Below are positions 17,569-26,763 of a DNA stretch of 64,000 nucleotides, one piece after another. Numbering within the stretch: position 1 is the stretch's first letter; the number at the start of each line of letters is the position of its first letter. The notes below the pieces were generated by a model, which saw only the letters and a program-made list of their open reading frames with translations, ran no database searches and had not been told where the DNA came from. A program made the translations under genes and the position numbers. Origin of the DNA: Syntrophales bacterium (GTDB lineage Bacteria > Desulfobacterota > Syntrophia > Syntrophales > UBA2251); assembly GCA_035358035.1 (NCBI GenBank), contig DAOPOS010000008.1, positions 7,724-71,723 on the forward strand. Reading direction: 5' to 3'.

Positions 17569-19083
17569 TCAATCGGGACCGGATGGGCCCTTCCAGCAGA
17601 CGTCCGGCCGGCGGGCGGCCCGGACCTCGTCGAGGCGCTTCACGGGGGTGGTGTGCGGGGCCGACTTCACGATCTCCGGGTCGTCCTTCGCCTCGGCGGC
17701 GATGGCGATCATCGCGTCGCAGAAGGCGTCGAGCGTCTCGAGGCTCTCCGTCTCGGTCGGTTCGATCATGATGGCCTCCGGGACGATCAGGGGGAAGTAG
17801 ATCGTCGGCGGGTGGACGCCGTAGTCGAGCAGGCGCTTGGCGATGTCGGTCGTGTGGACGCCGCTTTCCCGGACCTGCCGTCGTCCGGAAAAGACGCATT
17901 CGTGCATGCAGGGGCGGTCGTAGGCGAGGTCGTAGAAGGCCTTCAGGCGCGCCTGGACGTAGTTGGCGGCGAGGACGGCGTCTTCCGCCGTCTGGCGGAG
18001 GCCCGCCGCGCCGAGGCTGCGGAGGTAGGCGCAGACCCTGACCATCACGGCGACGTTTCCGTAAAAGGCCCGGACGCGCCCGATCGTGTCGGGATACGCC
18101 TCCGACCAGGCGTAGCCCGCGTCCGTCCGGACGATCCGGGGGACGGGGAGGAAGGGTTCGAGGGCGGCCCCGACGCCGACGGGGCCGCTCCCCGGGCCGC
18201 CGCACCCGTGGGGGGTGGAGAAGGTCTTGTGGAGGTTCAACTGGATGACGTCGAAGCCGATCTCGCCCGGCCGCACCTTTCCCAGGAAGGCGTTGGCGTT
18301 GGCGCCGTCGCCGTAGAGGAGGCCGCCCCGGTCATGGATGATCCGGGCCACCGCCGCGATGTTCCGCTCGAAGAGTCCCAGGGTGTTCGGGTTCGTCAGC
18401 ATGAGGCCGGCGGTGTTTTCCGTCGTGGCCGCGTCCAGGGCGTCGAGATCCACGCCGCCCGCGTCGTTGGACGGCACCTGCACGACCTCGTAGCCGCACA
18501 GGGCGCCCGAGGCGGGGTTCGTCCCATGGGCCGTGTCGGGGATCAGGATCTGCGTGCGTTTTTCTCCCCGCTTCTCGAAATACTTCCGGATCATCATGAC
18601 GCCCGTCAGCTCGCCGTGGGCGCCGGCCGCCGGCTGCAGGGTGAAGTCGGCCATGCCGAAGATCTCGCAGAGATCGCGGCGCAGGCCGTCCATCAGCTGC
18701 AGGCTGCCCTGGGCGAAGGCGGCCGGGACACCGGGGTGGAGATCGGCGAAACCGGGCAGCGCCGCCGCCGCGTCGTTCACCTTCGGGTTGTACTTCATCG
18801 TGCAGGAGCCGAGCGGGTAGAAGCCGAGGTCGACGCCGAAGTTGCGGCGGGACAGGGCGGTGTAGTGGCGGACGAGATCGACCTCCGCCACCTCGGGGAG
18901 GTCGACGTCGTTCCGGAGCAGGTGCGCTTCGATGCGCGGGCCGTCGGCCGTCTCCGGCACGTCGCACGGCGGGACCGCGCCGGCCCGCCGGCCCGGCCGG
19001 CTCTTTTCGAAAATCAGCGCAACGTCCGGATGGGGGGGATGCTTTTCCACGGTTTCTCGCTCCGTTCGTTCGATCCGGTTCAA
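17569..19083 (-). CDS. gcvPB: Glycine dehydrogenase (decarboxylating) subunit 2
   Basis: FYPLGSCTMKYNP, QPAAGAHGE, HGTNPAS, LNLHKTFSTPHG (PLP Lys), IEPTETES. Start uncertain (TTG 19083 or GTG 19050). Confidence 0.96.
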   Translation of the reverse strand: MNRIERTERETVEKHPPHPDVALIFEKSRPGRRAGAVPPCDVPETADGPRIEAHLLRNDVDLPEVAEVDLVRHYTALSRRNFGVDLGFYPLGSCTMKYNPKVNDAAAALPGFADLHPGVPAAFAQGSLQLMDGLRRDLCEIFGMADFTLQPAAGAHGELTGVMMIRKYFEKRGEKRTQILIPDTAHGTNPASGALCGYEVVQVPSNDAGGVDLDALDAATTENTAGLMLTNPNTLGLFERNIAAVARIIHDRGGLLYGDGANANAFLGKVRPGEIGFDVIQLNLHKTFSTPHGCGGPGSGPVGVGAALEPFLPVPRIVRTDAGYAWSEAYPDTIGRVRAFYGNVAVMVRVCAYLRSLGAAGLRQTAEDAVLAANYVQARLKAFYDLAYDRPCMHECVFSGRRQVRESGVHTTDIAKRLLDYGVHPPTIYFPLIVPEAIMIEPTETESLETLDAFCDAMIAIAAEAKDDPEIVKSAPHTTPVKRLDEVRAARRPDVCWKGPSGPD

Positions 19084-19190
19084 TGCTTCCGGAACATCAC
19101 CAGCCGCCTGCCTTCACTCGCACGCCGGAGGGAATGGCGCCCTTCAATCCCGGCCTGGAGTTCCGCCGGCGCGGGAACGACCGCCTTCAC
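19080..19190 (-). CDS. Possible 36-aa small ORF between gcvPA and gcvPB
   Basis: GAGGAGG 7 nt before GTG 19190; MKAVVPAPAELQAGIEGRHSLRRASEGRRLVMFRKH; its TGA overlaps the TTG of gcvPB. No homology evidence. Confidence 0.3.
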   Translation of the reverse strand: MKAVVPAPAELQAGIEGRHSLRRASEGRRLVMFRKH

Positions 19191-19264
19191 GGGGACGCCT
19201 CCTCATCCACGGCAACGGGACCGCGTCCGCTGCCGCCGGATCCTGTCCCGGGCACTCCAGGTCT

Positions 19265-20599
19265 TCAGGGGCGGAGGACGTCGACCGCCCGGTCCAGGTC
19301 CGCCCGCGTGAGCAGCTCCGTGGCGCACAGGAGCAGCGTGCCGGACAGCTCGGGATACTCCCCCGCGAGGCTGATCCCGCCGCTGATGCCGGCCTCCGCC
19401 CACCGGGCGTTCACGCCCTCCGGATCGGGACAGCGCAGGACGAACTCGTTGTAGACCGGCCCGGAGAAGGCGGGCGCCCAGCCGGGCAGGTCCAGCAGGC
19501 GCCGGCGCAAATACCCGGCCTTCGCGGCATTCAGCTCGGCCAGGGGCTTCAGGTTCTTCCCCAGGCAGGCGAGGTAGACGGCCGCGGCGAGGGCGCACAG
19601 GGCCTCGTTGGAGCAGATGTTCGAGGTCGCCTTCTCCCGCCGGATGTGCTGTTCGCGGGTCTGAAGCGTCAGGACGAAGGCGCGCCGGCCGTCCCGGTCC
19701 ACCGTGGCGCCCGCCAGGCGGCCCGGGATCTTCCGCAGGAACGGGTCCGTGGCGGCGAAGATGCCGAGATACGGCCCGCCGTAACTGACCGGATTGCCGA
19801 AGGCCTGGCCTTCCCCCGCGCAGAGGTCGGCGCCCAGCTCGCCGGCCGGCCTGAGCAGGCCCAGGGAGGTCGCTTCGGTGAAGCAATGAACGAGGTGCGC
19901 CCCGGCGGCATGGACGGGGGGCGCGGCGGCGGCGAGGTCCTCCACCACGCCGAAATAATTGGGGCTCTGCACGATGACGGCGGCGGTCGATTCCCGGACG
20001 GCGGCCGCGAGGGCCTTGGGGTCGAGCCGGCCGTCGCCCGTGAACGGCGCCTCCTCGACCGCCAGTCCGTTCGCCCAGGCGTAGGTCCGGAGAACCTGGC
20101 GGTACGCGGGGTGGACGGAGCGGGCGACGACGACCCCGGTCCGGCCGAGCGTCCTGGCGGACAGCACCGCCGCCTCCGCCGTCGCCGAGGCCCCGTCGTA
20201 CATCGAGGCGTTGGCCACCGGCATCCCCGTGAGGCGGGCGATCATGGTCTGGTATTCGTAGACGGCCTGCAGGATGCCCTGGCTGATCTCCGCCTGGTAG
20301 GGGGTGTAGGCCGTGGAGAACTCGGACCGTTGCGTCAGGTGTCCGACGACGGCGGGGATGTAGTGCCGGTATGCGCCGGCGCCGGTCAGGGTGATGTCGG
20401 GGAGGCGGTTGCGTTCGCTCAGCGCCTTCAGATGGGTGAAGGCCTCCTGCTCCGAGAGGGCGGGCGTCAGGTCCAGCAGGCGGCTCAGACGCCATCGCTC
20501 GGGGATGTCCCCGAACAGGGCTTCGATGGAGGCGATCCCGACCACGTCCATCATGGCCTTGCGGTCTTCCGCCGTGTGCGGACTGTAATCCATCGGCAT
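19265..20599 (-). CDS. gcvPA: Glycine dehydrogenase (decarboxylating) subunit 1
   Basis: TAYTPYQAEISQG, ANASMYDGASA, LTLQTREQHIRREKATSNICSN. Confidence 0.96.
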   Translation of the reverse strand: MPMDYSPHTAEDRKAMMDVVGIASIEALFGDIPERWRLSRLLDLTPALSEQEAFTHLKALSERNRLPDITLTGAGAYRHYIPAVVGHLTQRSEFSTAYTPYQAEISQGILQAVYEYQTMIARLTGMPVANASMYDGASATAEAAVLSARTLGRTGVVVARSVHPAYRQVLRTYAWANGLAVEEAPFTGDGRLDPKALAAAVRESTAAVIVQSPNYFGVVEDLAAAAPPVHAAGAHLVHCFTEATSLGLLRPAGELGADLCAGEGQAFGNPVSYGGPYLGIFAATDPFLRKIPGRLAGATVDRDGRRAFVLTLQTREQHIRREKATSNICSNEALCALAAAVYLACLGKNLKPLAELNAAKAGYLRRRLLDLPGWAPAFSGPVYNEFVLRCPDPEGVNARWAEAGISGGISLAGEYPELSGTLLLCATELLTRADLDRAVDVLRP

Positions 20600-20612
20600 C
20601 GTCCTTGCGGGA

Positions 20613-21011
20613 TCAGTGCGCCTCGTCCCGGATGAAGGCGTCGTAGGCGGCGGCGTCCATCAGGCCGTCGTATTCCTGCGGATCGGCCAGCTTCAGTTTC
20701 GCGATCCACCCCTCGCCGCAGGCGTCCTCGTTGATGAGCTCCGGCCGGTCCTCCAGGGCCCCGTTCACGGCGATGACCTCGCCGCTCAGGGGGGCGAAGA
20801 CGTCCGAGACGGACTTGACCGACTCCACGACGGCGACGGCCTCGCCCTGGCGGACCTGCCGGCCGGGCGCGGGGAGCTCGACGAAGACGATGTCGGTGAG
20901 CAGTTCCTGGGCGTGATCGGTGATGCCGATCGTCGCCGTGCCGTCGCCGTGCGGCAGGGCCCACTCGTGCTCCTGGGAATATTTCCGGTCGGTTGGATTG
21001 GGTTTGGACAT
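20613..21011 (-). CDS. gcvH: Glycine cleavage system H protein (copy 1)
   Basis: YSQEHEWA, GITDHAQ, lipoyl-Lys in VESVKSVSD. Confidence 0.96.
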   Translation of the reverse strand: MSKPNPTDRKYSQEHEWALPHGDGTATIGITDHAQELLTDIVFVELPAPGRQVRQGEAVAVVESVKSVSDVFAPLSGEVIAVNGALEDRPELINEDACGEGWIAKLKLADPQEYDGLMDAAAYDAFIRDEAH

Positions 21012-21044
21012 GGCCTGCTCCTGATCGATAAGGGGTTGTCGGGT

Positions 21045-22139
21045 TTACCGCGGACGCCTGTAAAAGGGCAGTTCGACCACCGCGGCCGGGACGAGGTTGT
21101 CGCGGATTTGAATGCCGATCTCCGTCCCCGGCGCCTGCGCCGCCGCGGACACCAGGGCCAGACCGATGGCCCGGGAAAGCGTCGGGGAAAAGGTTCCCGA
21201 GGTGACGGCGCCGATCGCCTCGCCGTTCCGCCAGACGGGGTGCCCCTCGCGGGCGATTCCCCGTCCGGTCATCGCGAAGCCGACGAGCTTCCGGTCCGCG
21301 CCCGCCGCCTTCCGGCGCCGGAGGGCGGCGCTCCCGATGAAGTCCTTCGCCGGATCGACGAGCCAGCCGTAGATCACCTCGTCGGGCGTGGTCGTTTCGT
21401 CCATGTCATGACCGTACAGGAGCATGCCCGCCTCCAGGCGGAGCGTGTCCCGCGCCCCGAGACCCACGGGCCTCAGGTTCCGGGCGGCGCCGTGTTCGAG
21501 CAGCGCATCCCAGATCGCGCCGATTGCGTCGCTCGCGGCGTAGATCTCGAAGCCGTCTTCGCCGGTGTAGCCGCTGCGGGAGACAAGGGTCGGCCGGCCG
21601 GCCACCCGCGTGCGCGTGAAGCGGTAGTACGCGAGCCCGTCCAGGGCGGCCGGCGTCAGGGGCTGCAGGATCGCCTGGGCCGCCGGGCCCTGGAGATCGA
21701 GTTTCCCGATTTCATCCGTCCGGTCGACGATCTCCACCTCCCGGAATCCCTCGGCCTCCTTGACGGTCCTGAGCCAGGCCACGTCCTTGAGCCGCGTTCC
21801 GGCGTTGGTGACGAGTCCGTAGCGGTCCGCCTCCAGACGATAGACCGTCAGGTCGTCCAGAATGCCGCCCGCTTCGCTCGTCAGGACGCTGAGCCTGAGC
21901 CGGCCCGTTTCCAGGTCGCCCAGATCCCGGCTCAGGCACCGCTGCAGAAGTGCCAGCGCGGCGGCGCCCCGAACCTCGATCTCGCCCATGTGACAGATGT
22001 CGAAGAGCCCGGCGCTCTTCCGCGTGGCGCGGTGCTCCTCGATGACGCCGGTGTACTGGACGGGCATCGCCCAGCCGCCGAAATCGATCATCCGGGCGCC
22101 GGCGCGAACGTGGCGGTCGTAAAGCGGCGTCTGGTTCAT
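21045..22139 (-). CDS. gcvT: Glycine cleavage system aminomethyltransferase T
   Basis: [55 protein letters not shown]. Confidence 0.96.
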   Translation of the reverse strand: MNQTPLYDRHVRAGARMIDFGGWAMPVQYTGVIEEHRATRKSAGLFDICHMGEIEVRGAAALALLQRCLSRDLGDLETGRLRLSVLTSEAGGILDDLTVYRLEADRYGLVTNAGTRLKDVAWLRTVKEAEGFREVEIVDRTDEIGKLDLQGPAAQAILQPLTPAALDGLAYYRFTRTRVAGRPTLVSRSGYTGEDGFEIYAASDAIGAIWDALLEHGAARNLRPVGLGARDTLRLEAGMLLYGHDMDETTTPDEVIYGWLVDPAKDFIGSAALRRRKAAGADRKLVGFAMTGRGIAREGHPVWRNGEAIGAVTSGTFSPTLSRAIGLALVSAAAQAPGTEIGIQIRDNLVPAAVVELPFYRRPR

Positions 22140-22278
22140 GGGTCACTCCCGGGGCGGCCTTGAGGCCTGTCTTGCGGACCCGCCCGTGCCGGGGGCGGGA
22201 GGCGCCGGGGTTGCGGACAGGGCCGCCCGACCGGTCCCGTCAGGGCCCGCGGGCGATGGATGCGAAGGAACCCCGGAA

Positions 22279-22602
22279 CTAATAGTAACGGTAAAGCAGG
22301 GACAGCAGGATCAGGATAACGACCACCCCGAAAAAGATGTTGGATTTTCTCAGGGCCTTTCCGCCCACCACGACCCCGTCGCAGGACTGGCAGACCGTCA
22401 GGTGCGAGGCAATGGGCGCCCCGCAGCTGGGACATCGCAGCTCCCGCTCCCGCGAGGCCGTCTTGGCCTCGGCGCTTTTTTTGATCTGTTCGCCGACGTC
22501 GTAGGTCCAGCGGCAGTCATCGGTCGGGCACCGGCCCCGGATCGGCATCCGGTCCGTCCAGATGAAACTCCTCCCGCACTGGGGACATTGGATTTTGACC
22601 AT
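22279..22602 (-). CDS. Small multi-zinc-ribbon membrane protein, hypothetical
   Basis: 107 aa with CPQC, CPTDDC, CPSC, CQSC and a C-terminal hydrophobic helix (IFFGVVVILILLSLL). Confidence 0.75.
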   Translation of the reverse strand: MVKIQCPQCGRSFIWTDRMPIRGRCPTDDCRWTYDVGEQIKKSAEAKTASRERELRCPSCGAPIASHLTVCQSCDGVVVGGKALRKSNIFFGVVVILILLSLLYRYY

Positions 22603-22808
22603 CGCTTGTCTCTCCGGAAACGCTTCTCTGAATCGTTCGGTGCCGTCCTACGTACTATAAGGAGGGGGGGATTTCAAGGCAAAAGGTCCGCTCCCATTAT
22701 TTTATTGATTGTTTCCCGAAACTGGTATATGAAATTCCACCTTTTTGCAGCGCGGCCGAGCCGCTGCGCGGGAGGGGGCTCAACGTTCGAGTTTGCCGGG
22801 AGTGGCAC

Positions 22809-23543
22809 ATGATCAGGTTTCAGGGTGTGCACAAATGGTTCAAGAAACTTCATGTGTTGAATGACGTCAATCTCCATGTCAAGCAGGGCGAGGTCGTCGT
22901 CGTCTGCGGTCCCTCCGGATCGGGGAAATCCACCCTCATCCGGACGATCAACAAGCTCGAACCCATCCAGAAGGGCAGCCTGTTCGTCGACGGACAGGAC
23001 CTGTCCGACCGGAAAACCGACATCAACCGGCTGCGGGCGGAAATCGGGTTCGTCTTCCAGCAGTTCAATCTCTATCCTCACCTGAGCGTCATCAAAAACA
23101 TCACCCTGGCGCCCATCAAGATCCGCAAGCTCGCCCGCACGGAGGCGGAGGAGCAGGCCATGGCCCTGCTGGAGCGGGTCGGGCTCGCGGAGAAGCGGGA
23201 CGCCTACCCGGCGCAGCTCTCCGGAGGGCAGCAGCAGCGGGTGGCCATTGCCCGCGGGCTCGCCATGAAGCCGAAGATCATGCTCTTCGACGAGCCGACG
23301 TCGGCCCTCGACCCGGAGATGATCGGAGAGGTCCTGGAGGTCATGCAGGGCCTGGCCCACACGGGGATGACGCTGATCGTGGTGACCCATGAAATGGGAT
23401 TCGCCCGCGAGGTGGCGGACCGCGTCACCTTCATGGATTACGGCGTGATTCTCGAAGAGGCCACGCCGGACGAATTCTTCAAGAATCCCAAGCACGAGCG
23501 GGCGCAGTTGTTCCTCAAGGAGATCCTCTCTCCGATGCACTAG
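22809..23543 (+). CDS. Polar amino acid ABC transporter ATP-binding protein (GlnQ family)
   Basis: Walker [39 protein letters not shown]. Confidence 0.95.
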   Translation: MIRFQGVHKWFKKLHVLNDVNLHVKQGEVVVVCGPSGSGKSTLIRTINKLEPIQKGSLFVDGQDLSDRKTDINRLRAEIGFVFQQFNLYPHLSVIKNITLAPIKIRKLARTEAEEQAMALLERVGLAEKRDAYPAQLSGGQQQRVAIARGLAMKPKIMLFDEPTSALDPEMIGEVLEVMQGLAHTGMTLIVVTHEMGFAREVADRVTFMDYGVILEEATPDEFFKNPKHERAQLFLKEILSPMH

Positions 23544-23640
23544 GAGAGATCAGGCGGCGGGCTAAAGGCACCGGGCCATGAGGATGGTCCTGAATTCAGC
23601 CTTCGATGGGAATTCATTCAGCGTTGAAAGGAGGACAAGC

Positions 23641-24465
23641 ATGATGAAGCGATTGGGGATGTGGGTATTGGCACTGGTGTTTGTGGGCGGCCTGGGGGGC
23701 ACGGCGCTGGCCGCGGATACCCTGGCGGACGTGAAGAGCAAGGGAGTAATGGTCTGCGGCGTGAAGGATTCCACGCCCGGGTTCGGCTACATCGATGAGC
23801 AGACCCGCGAGATCATGGGGTACGACGTGGACTTCTGCCGGGCCATTGCCAAGAAACTCGGCGTCAAACTGGAGCTGAAACCCGTGACCTCGGCGACCCG
23901 GATGCCCCAGCTCATCGCCGGCAACATCGATATCATCGCCGCGACGATGACCAAGAATGCCGAGCGGGCCAAACAGATCGATTTCAGCTACATGTACTTC
24001 TTCACCGGCCAGAAGTTCCTCGTGAAGAAGGGGACGGTCAAGAAGCTGGCCGACCTCGAGGGGAAGCGGATCGGCACGGCCAAGGGGTCCACCTCCGAGC
24101 AGAATGCGGCCAAGGCCCTGCCCAAGGCCACGATCCTGTCCTTCGACGATTACCCCCAGGCCTTCCTGGCCCTGGAGCAGGGCAAGGTGGTGGCCGTCAC
24201 CACCGACGAGTCGATCCTGGCGAACCTGCTGGCCAAGGCGCCCAACAAGAAGAACTACGAAATCCCCAACATCCAGATCTCCGACGAGCCCTACGGCCTC
24301 GGGATGCGCAAGGGCGACACGAATTTCGTGAACGCCGTCAACAAGGCCCTCCTGGACATGGAGAAGAAGGGCGAGGCGAAGAAACTCTACACGAAGTGGT
24401 TCGGCCCCAAGGGAAAATCGGGAATCGTCCTGAAGCGGACCTTCACGATTACGCCGGAACGATAA
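23641..24465 (+). CDS. Polar amino acid ABC transporter substrate-binding protein (Glu/Asp/Gln-like)
   Basis: Signal peptide, GYDVDFCRAIAK, ATMTKNAERAKQIDFS, EPYGLGMRKGD; RBS GGAGGA. Confidence 0.92.
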   Translation: MMKRLGMWVLALVFVGGLGGTALAADTLADVKSKGVMVCGVKDSTPGFGYIDEQTREIMGYDVDFCRAIAKKLGVKLELKPVTSATRMPQLIAGNIDIIAATMTKNAERAKQIDFSYMYFFTGQKFLVKKGTVKKLADLEGKRIGTAKGSTSEQNAAKALPKATILSFDDYPQAFLALEQGKVVAVTTDESILANLLAKAPNKKNYEIPNIQISDEPYGLGMRKGDTNFVNAVNKALLDMEKKGEAKKLYTKWFGPKGKSGIVLKRTFTITPER

Positions 24466-24483
24466 GAGGAGTTTCCTCCGAAC

Positions 24484-25191
24484 GTGTTCAACTATCAGTT
24501 CGACTGGGCAATCGTTACATCAGGGCAGTACTTTGAATGGATCCTGTCCGGCGTCAAGGTCACCATTCAGCTGTCCCTGGTGTCGATTGCCCTCGCTTTT
24601 ATCCTGGGGCTGCTCGTGGCGGTCATGCGGATGAGCCAGAACGCGCCCATCCGCTGGTTCGCCATGGGTTACCTCGAGTTCTTCCGCAACACCCCGCTCC
24701 TCGTTCAGATTTTCTTCTGGTATTTCGGCTCCGACAAGATCCTCCCGCAGGCCGCCCGGGACTGGCTGTACAGCATGAATTTCGAATTCGCCGCCGCGGT
24801 CATCGCGCTGACGATCTACACCTCGGCCTTCATCGCCGAGGACATCCGCTCCGGCGTCCGCTCCATCCCGAAGGAGCAGATGGAGGCGGCCCGCAGCTCC
24901 GGATTCTCCTACGTCCGGTCCATGCTGTACATCATCCTGCCGCAGGCCGTGCGGATCACGATCCCGCCGCTCATCAACCAGTTCCTCAACCTGGCGAAGA
25001 ACTCGTCGCTCGCCATGACCATCGGCGTGGCGGAACTGACGTATCAGGCCCGGCAGGTGGAAAGCTACACGTTCAAGGGGTTCGAGGCCTTTACGGCGGC
25101 GACCCTGGTCTATCTGGTGATCTCGCTCGTCATCACGGCGCTCGTCACCCTTTACAGCAAGAAGGTGCTGAGCCCCATCGGGATGCGATAA
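24484..25191 (+). CDS. Polar amino acid ABC transporter permease
   Basis: EFFRNTPLLVQ, EAA loop EQMEAARSSGFS, IILPQA, NLAKNSSL. Confidence 0.93.
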   Translation: MFNYQFDWAIVTSGQYFEWILSGVKVTIQLSLVSIALAFILGLLVAVMRMSQNAPIRWFAMGYLEFFRNTPLLVQIFFWYFGSDKILPQAARDWLYSMNFEFAAAVIALTIYTSAFIAEDIRSGVRSIPKEQMEAARSSGFSYVRSMLYIILPQAVRITIPPLINQFLNLAKNSSLAMTIGVAELTYQARQVESYTFKGFEAFTAATLVYLVISLVITALVTLYSKKVLSPIGMR

Positions 25192-25194
25192 CGT

Positions 25195-25896
25195 ATGGAA
25201 ACCGGACTCGACTTCACCGTCATCTGGACGAACATCACCCACTTCATGATCGGGCGCTACCCGAGCGGCCCCATGGGGGGGGTGCTGCTCACCCTGTACC
25301 TGGCGGCGGTCTCGCTCGTCCTGTCCTTCTTCGGCGGGCTCATCCTGGGGCTCATGTGCGTCTCGCGCAATCCGCTCGTCCGCTATCCCACCCTGGCGGT
25401 GGTGAACACGATCCGCGGCATCCCGCTCCTTCTGGTGATCTTCTGGATGTACTTCCTGCTGCCCACCTTCCTCGGCTACCGGACGCCGGAGAGCTGGACG
25501 GTCATCGCGGCGCTCACGATCTTCACCTCCGCTTACATGTCCCAGATCGTCCAGGCGGGGATCGAGGGCATCCCCAGCGGCCAGATGGAGGCGGCCCTCT
25601 CGACGGGGCTTCACCCGCGCCAGGCCATGCTGTTTATCGTCCTGCCGCAGGCCCTGCGCAACATGATCCCCTCCTTCGTGAACCAGTTCGTCTCCATGAT
25701 CAAGGACACGTCGCTGGCCTACATCGTCGGGGTTTCCGAACTGACGCACGTGGCGACCCAGATCAACAACCGGACGATGGTCTACCCCACGGAGATCTTC
25801 CTGTTCATCGCCGTGATCTACTTCATCATCTGCTTCGCCTTTACCAGCCTGTCCCGCTGGCTGGAGAAACGGCTGGCCTGGCGCAAGGCGATCTGA
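25195..25896 (+). CDS. Polar amino acid ABC transporter permease
   Basis: IRGIPLL, GQMEAALSTGL, IVLPQALRNMIPS, IKDTSL. Confidence 0.93.
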   Translation: METGLDFTVIWTNITHFMIGRYPSGPMGGVLLTLYLAAVSLVLSFFGGLILGLMCVSRNPLVRYPTLAVVNTIRGIPLLLVIFWMYFLLPTFLGYRTPESWTVIAALTIFTSAYMSQIVQAGIEGIPSGQMEAALSTGLHPRQAMLFIVLPQALRNMIPSFVNQFVSMIKDTSLAYIVGVSELTHVATQINNRTMVYPTEIFLFIAVIYFIICFAFTSLSRWLEKRLAWRKAI

Positions 25897-25945
25897 CCGG
25901 TTCCCGGCCGCAACCGCCCCGTTTTTTCCCGAAAATGAATGCGGA

Positions 25946-26509
25946 TTATTTTTTGGACAGGAGGCTCTCGAAGAAGGCCCGCTTCTTGCGCGGCACCAGC
26001 ACGGTGCCCTCGTGGTCCACGATCAGGATGCCCTCCAGGTGGTCCATCTCGTGCTGGACGATGCGCGCGCCAAAGTCGGTGTAGCGCTTGCTGATCTTGC
26101 GTCCCTCCCGGTCGCAGGCGCGCACCTTGATTTCCGGGTGGCGTTCGATCTCGACCTGGATCTCGGGACAGGACAGGCAGCCCTCCGCGCCCCGGACGGG
26201 CTCCCCCCGCGTCTGGGTGATGCGGGGGTTGACGAGCACGTCGTAGTCCTTGTCGCCGGCGGGCCGGCCCTTTTCATCGAAATGCTTGTTCTTGAAGATG
26301 ATGACCCGGCGGCCGATCCCGATTTGGGGGGCGGCCAGCCCCAGGGCGTCGTCGCGCTCCAGAAAGGCGTCCACCAGGGCGCGGATGTCCTCCCGGGCGG
26401 CCCTGTCCAGGGGGATGGGAATCTCCTCGCAGGGCTCCCGCAGGCGTTTCGACTCCGCTTCGTTCCAGTGTTCGTCCGACCAGAGGGTCAGGATCTTTCT
26501 TTCCGTCAT
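25946..26509 (-). CDS. def: Peptide deformylase
   Basis: Motifs GLAAPQIG, EGCLS, QHEMDHLEG. Confidence 0.93.
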   Translation of the reverse strand: MTERKILTLWSDEHWNEAESKRLREPCEEIPIPLDRAAREDIRALVDAFLERDDALGLAAPQIGIGRRVIIFKNKHFDEKGRPAGDKDYDVLVNPRITQTRGEPVRGAEGCLSCPEIQVEIERHPEIKVRACDREGRKISKRYTDFGARIVQHEMDHLEGILIVDHEGTVLVPRKKRAFFESLLSKK

Positions 26510-26763
26510 GGGGCTCTCCGTGTTTTGCATGCACCCGGCCGCCCTATATCACCCTTGGGGACGGAATTCAAGCGGGCCGGGAGGACGCGAATCCGCTTGA
26601 TCATCGGGAGGATGTCTGCTACGTACCGGAGGCGGCCTTGACCTCCCCTCCCCCCGGGGCCGGTATGGTCTTCGCCGCCGGGGACCCTTGCGGCCCCGCG
26701 TGAGCCCACAGCCTTCAGGCATCCGGAACGGGGGAGCGCCTTGTTCCGGAGAGCGGATCGATC

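Noticed and set aside
22140-22278. Possible glycine riboswitch upstream of gcvT
   Set aside because: No GGAGA / GCCGAAG / CTCTCAGG aptamer motifs on the minus strand; only a GC hairpin and a GTCCGCAA repeat.
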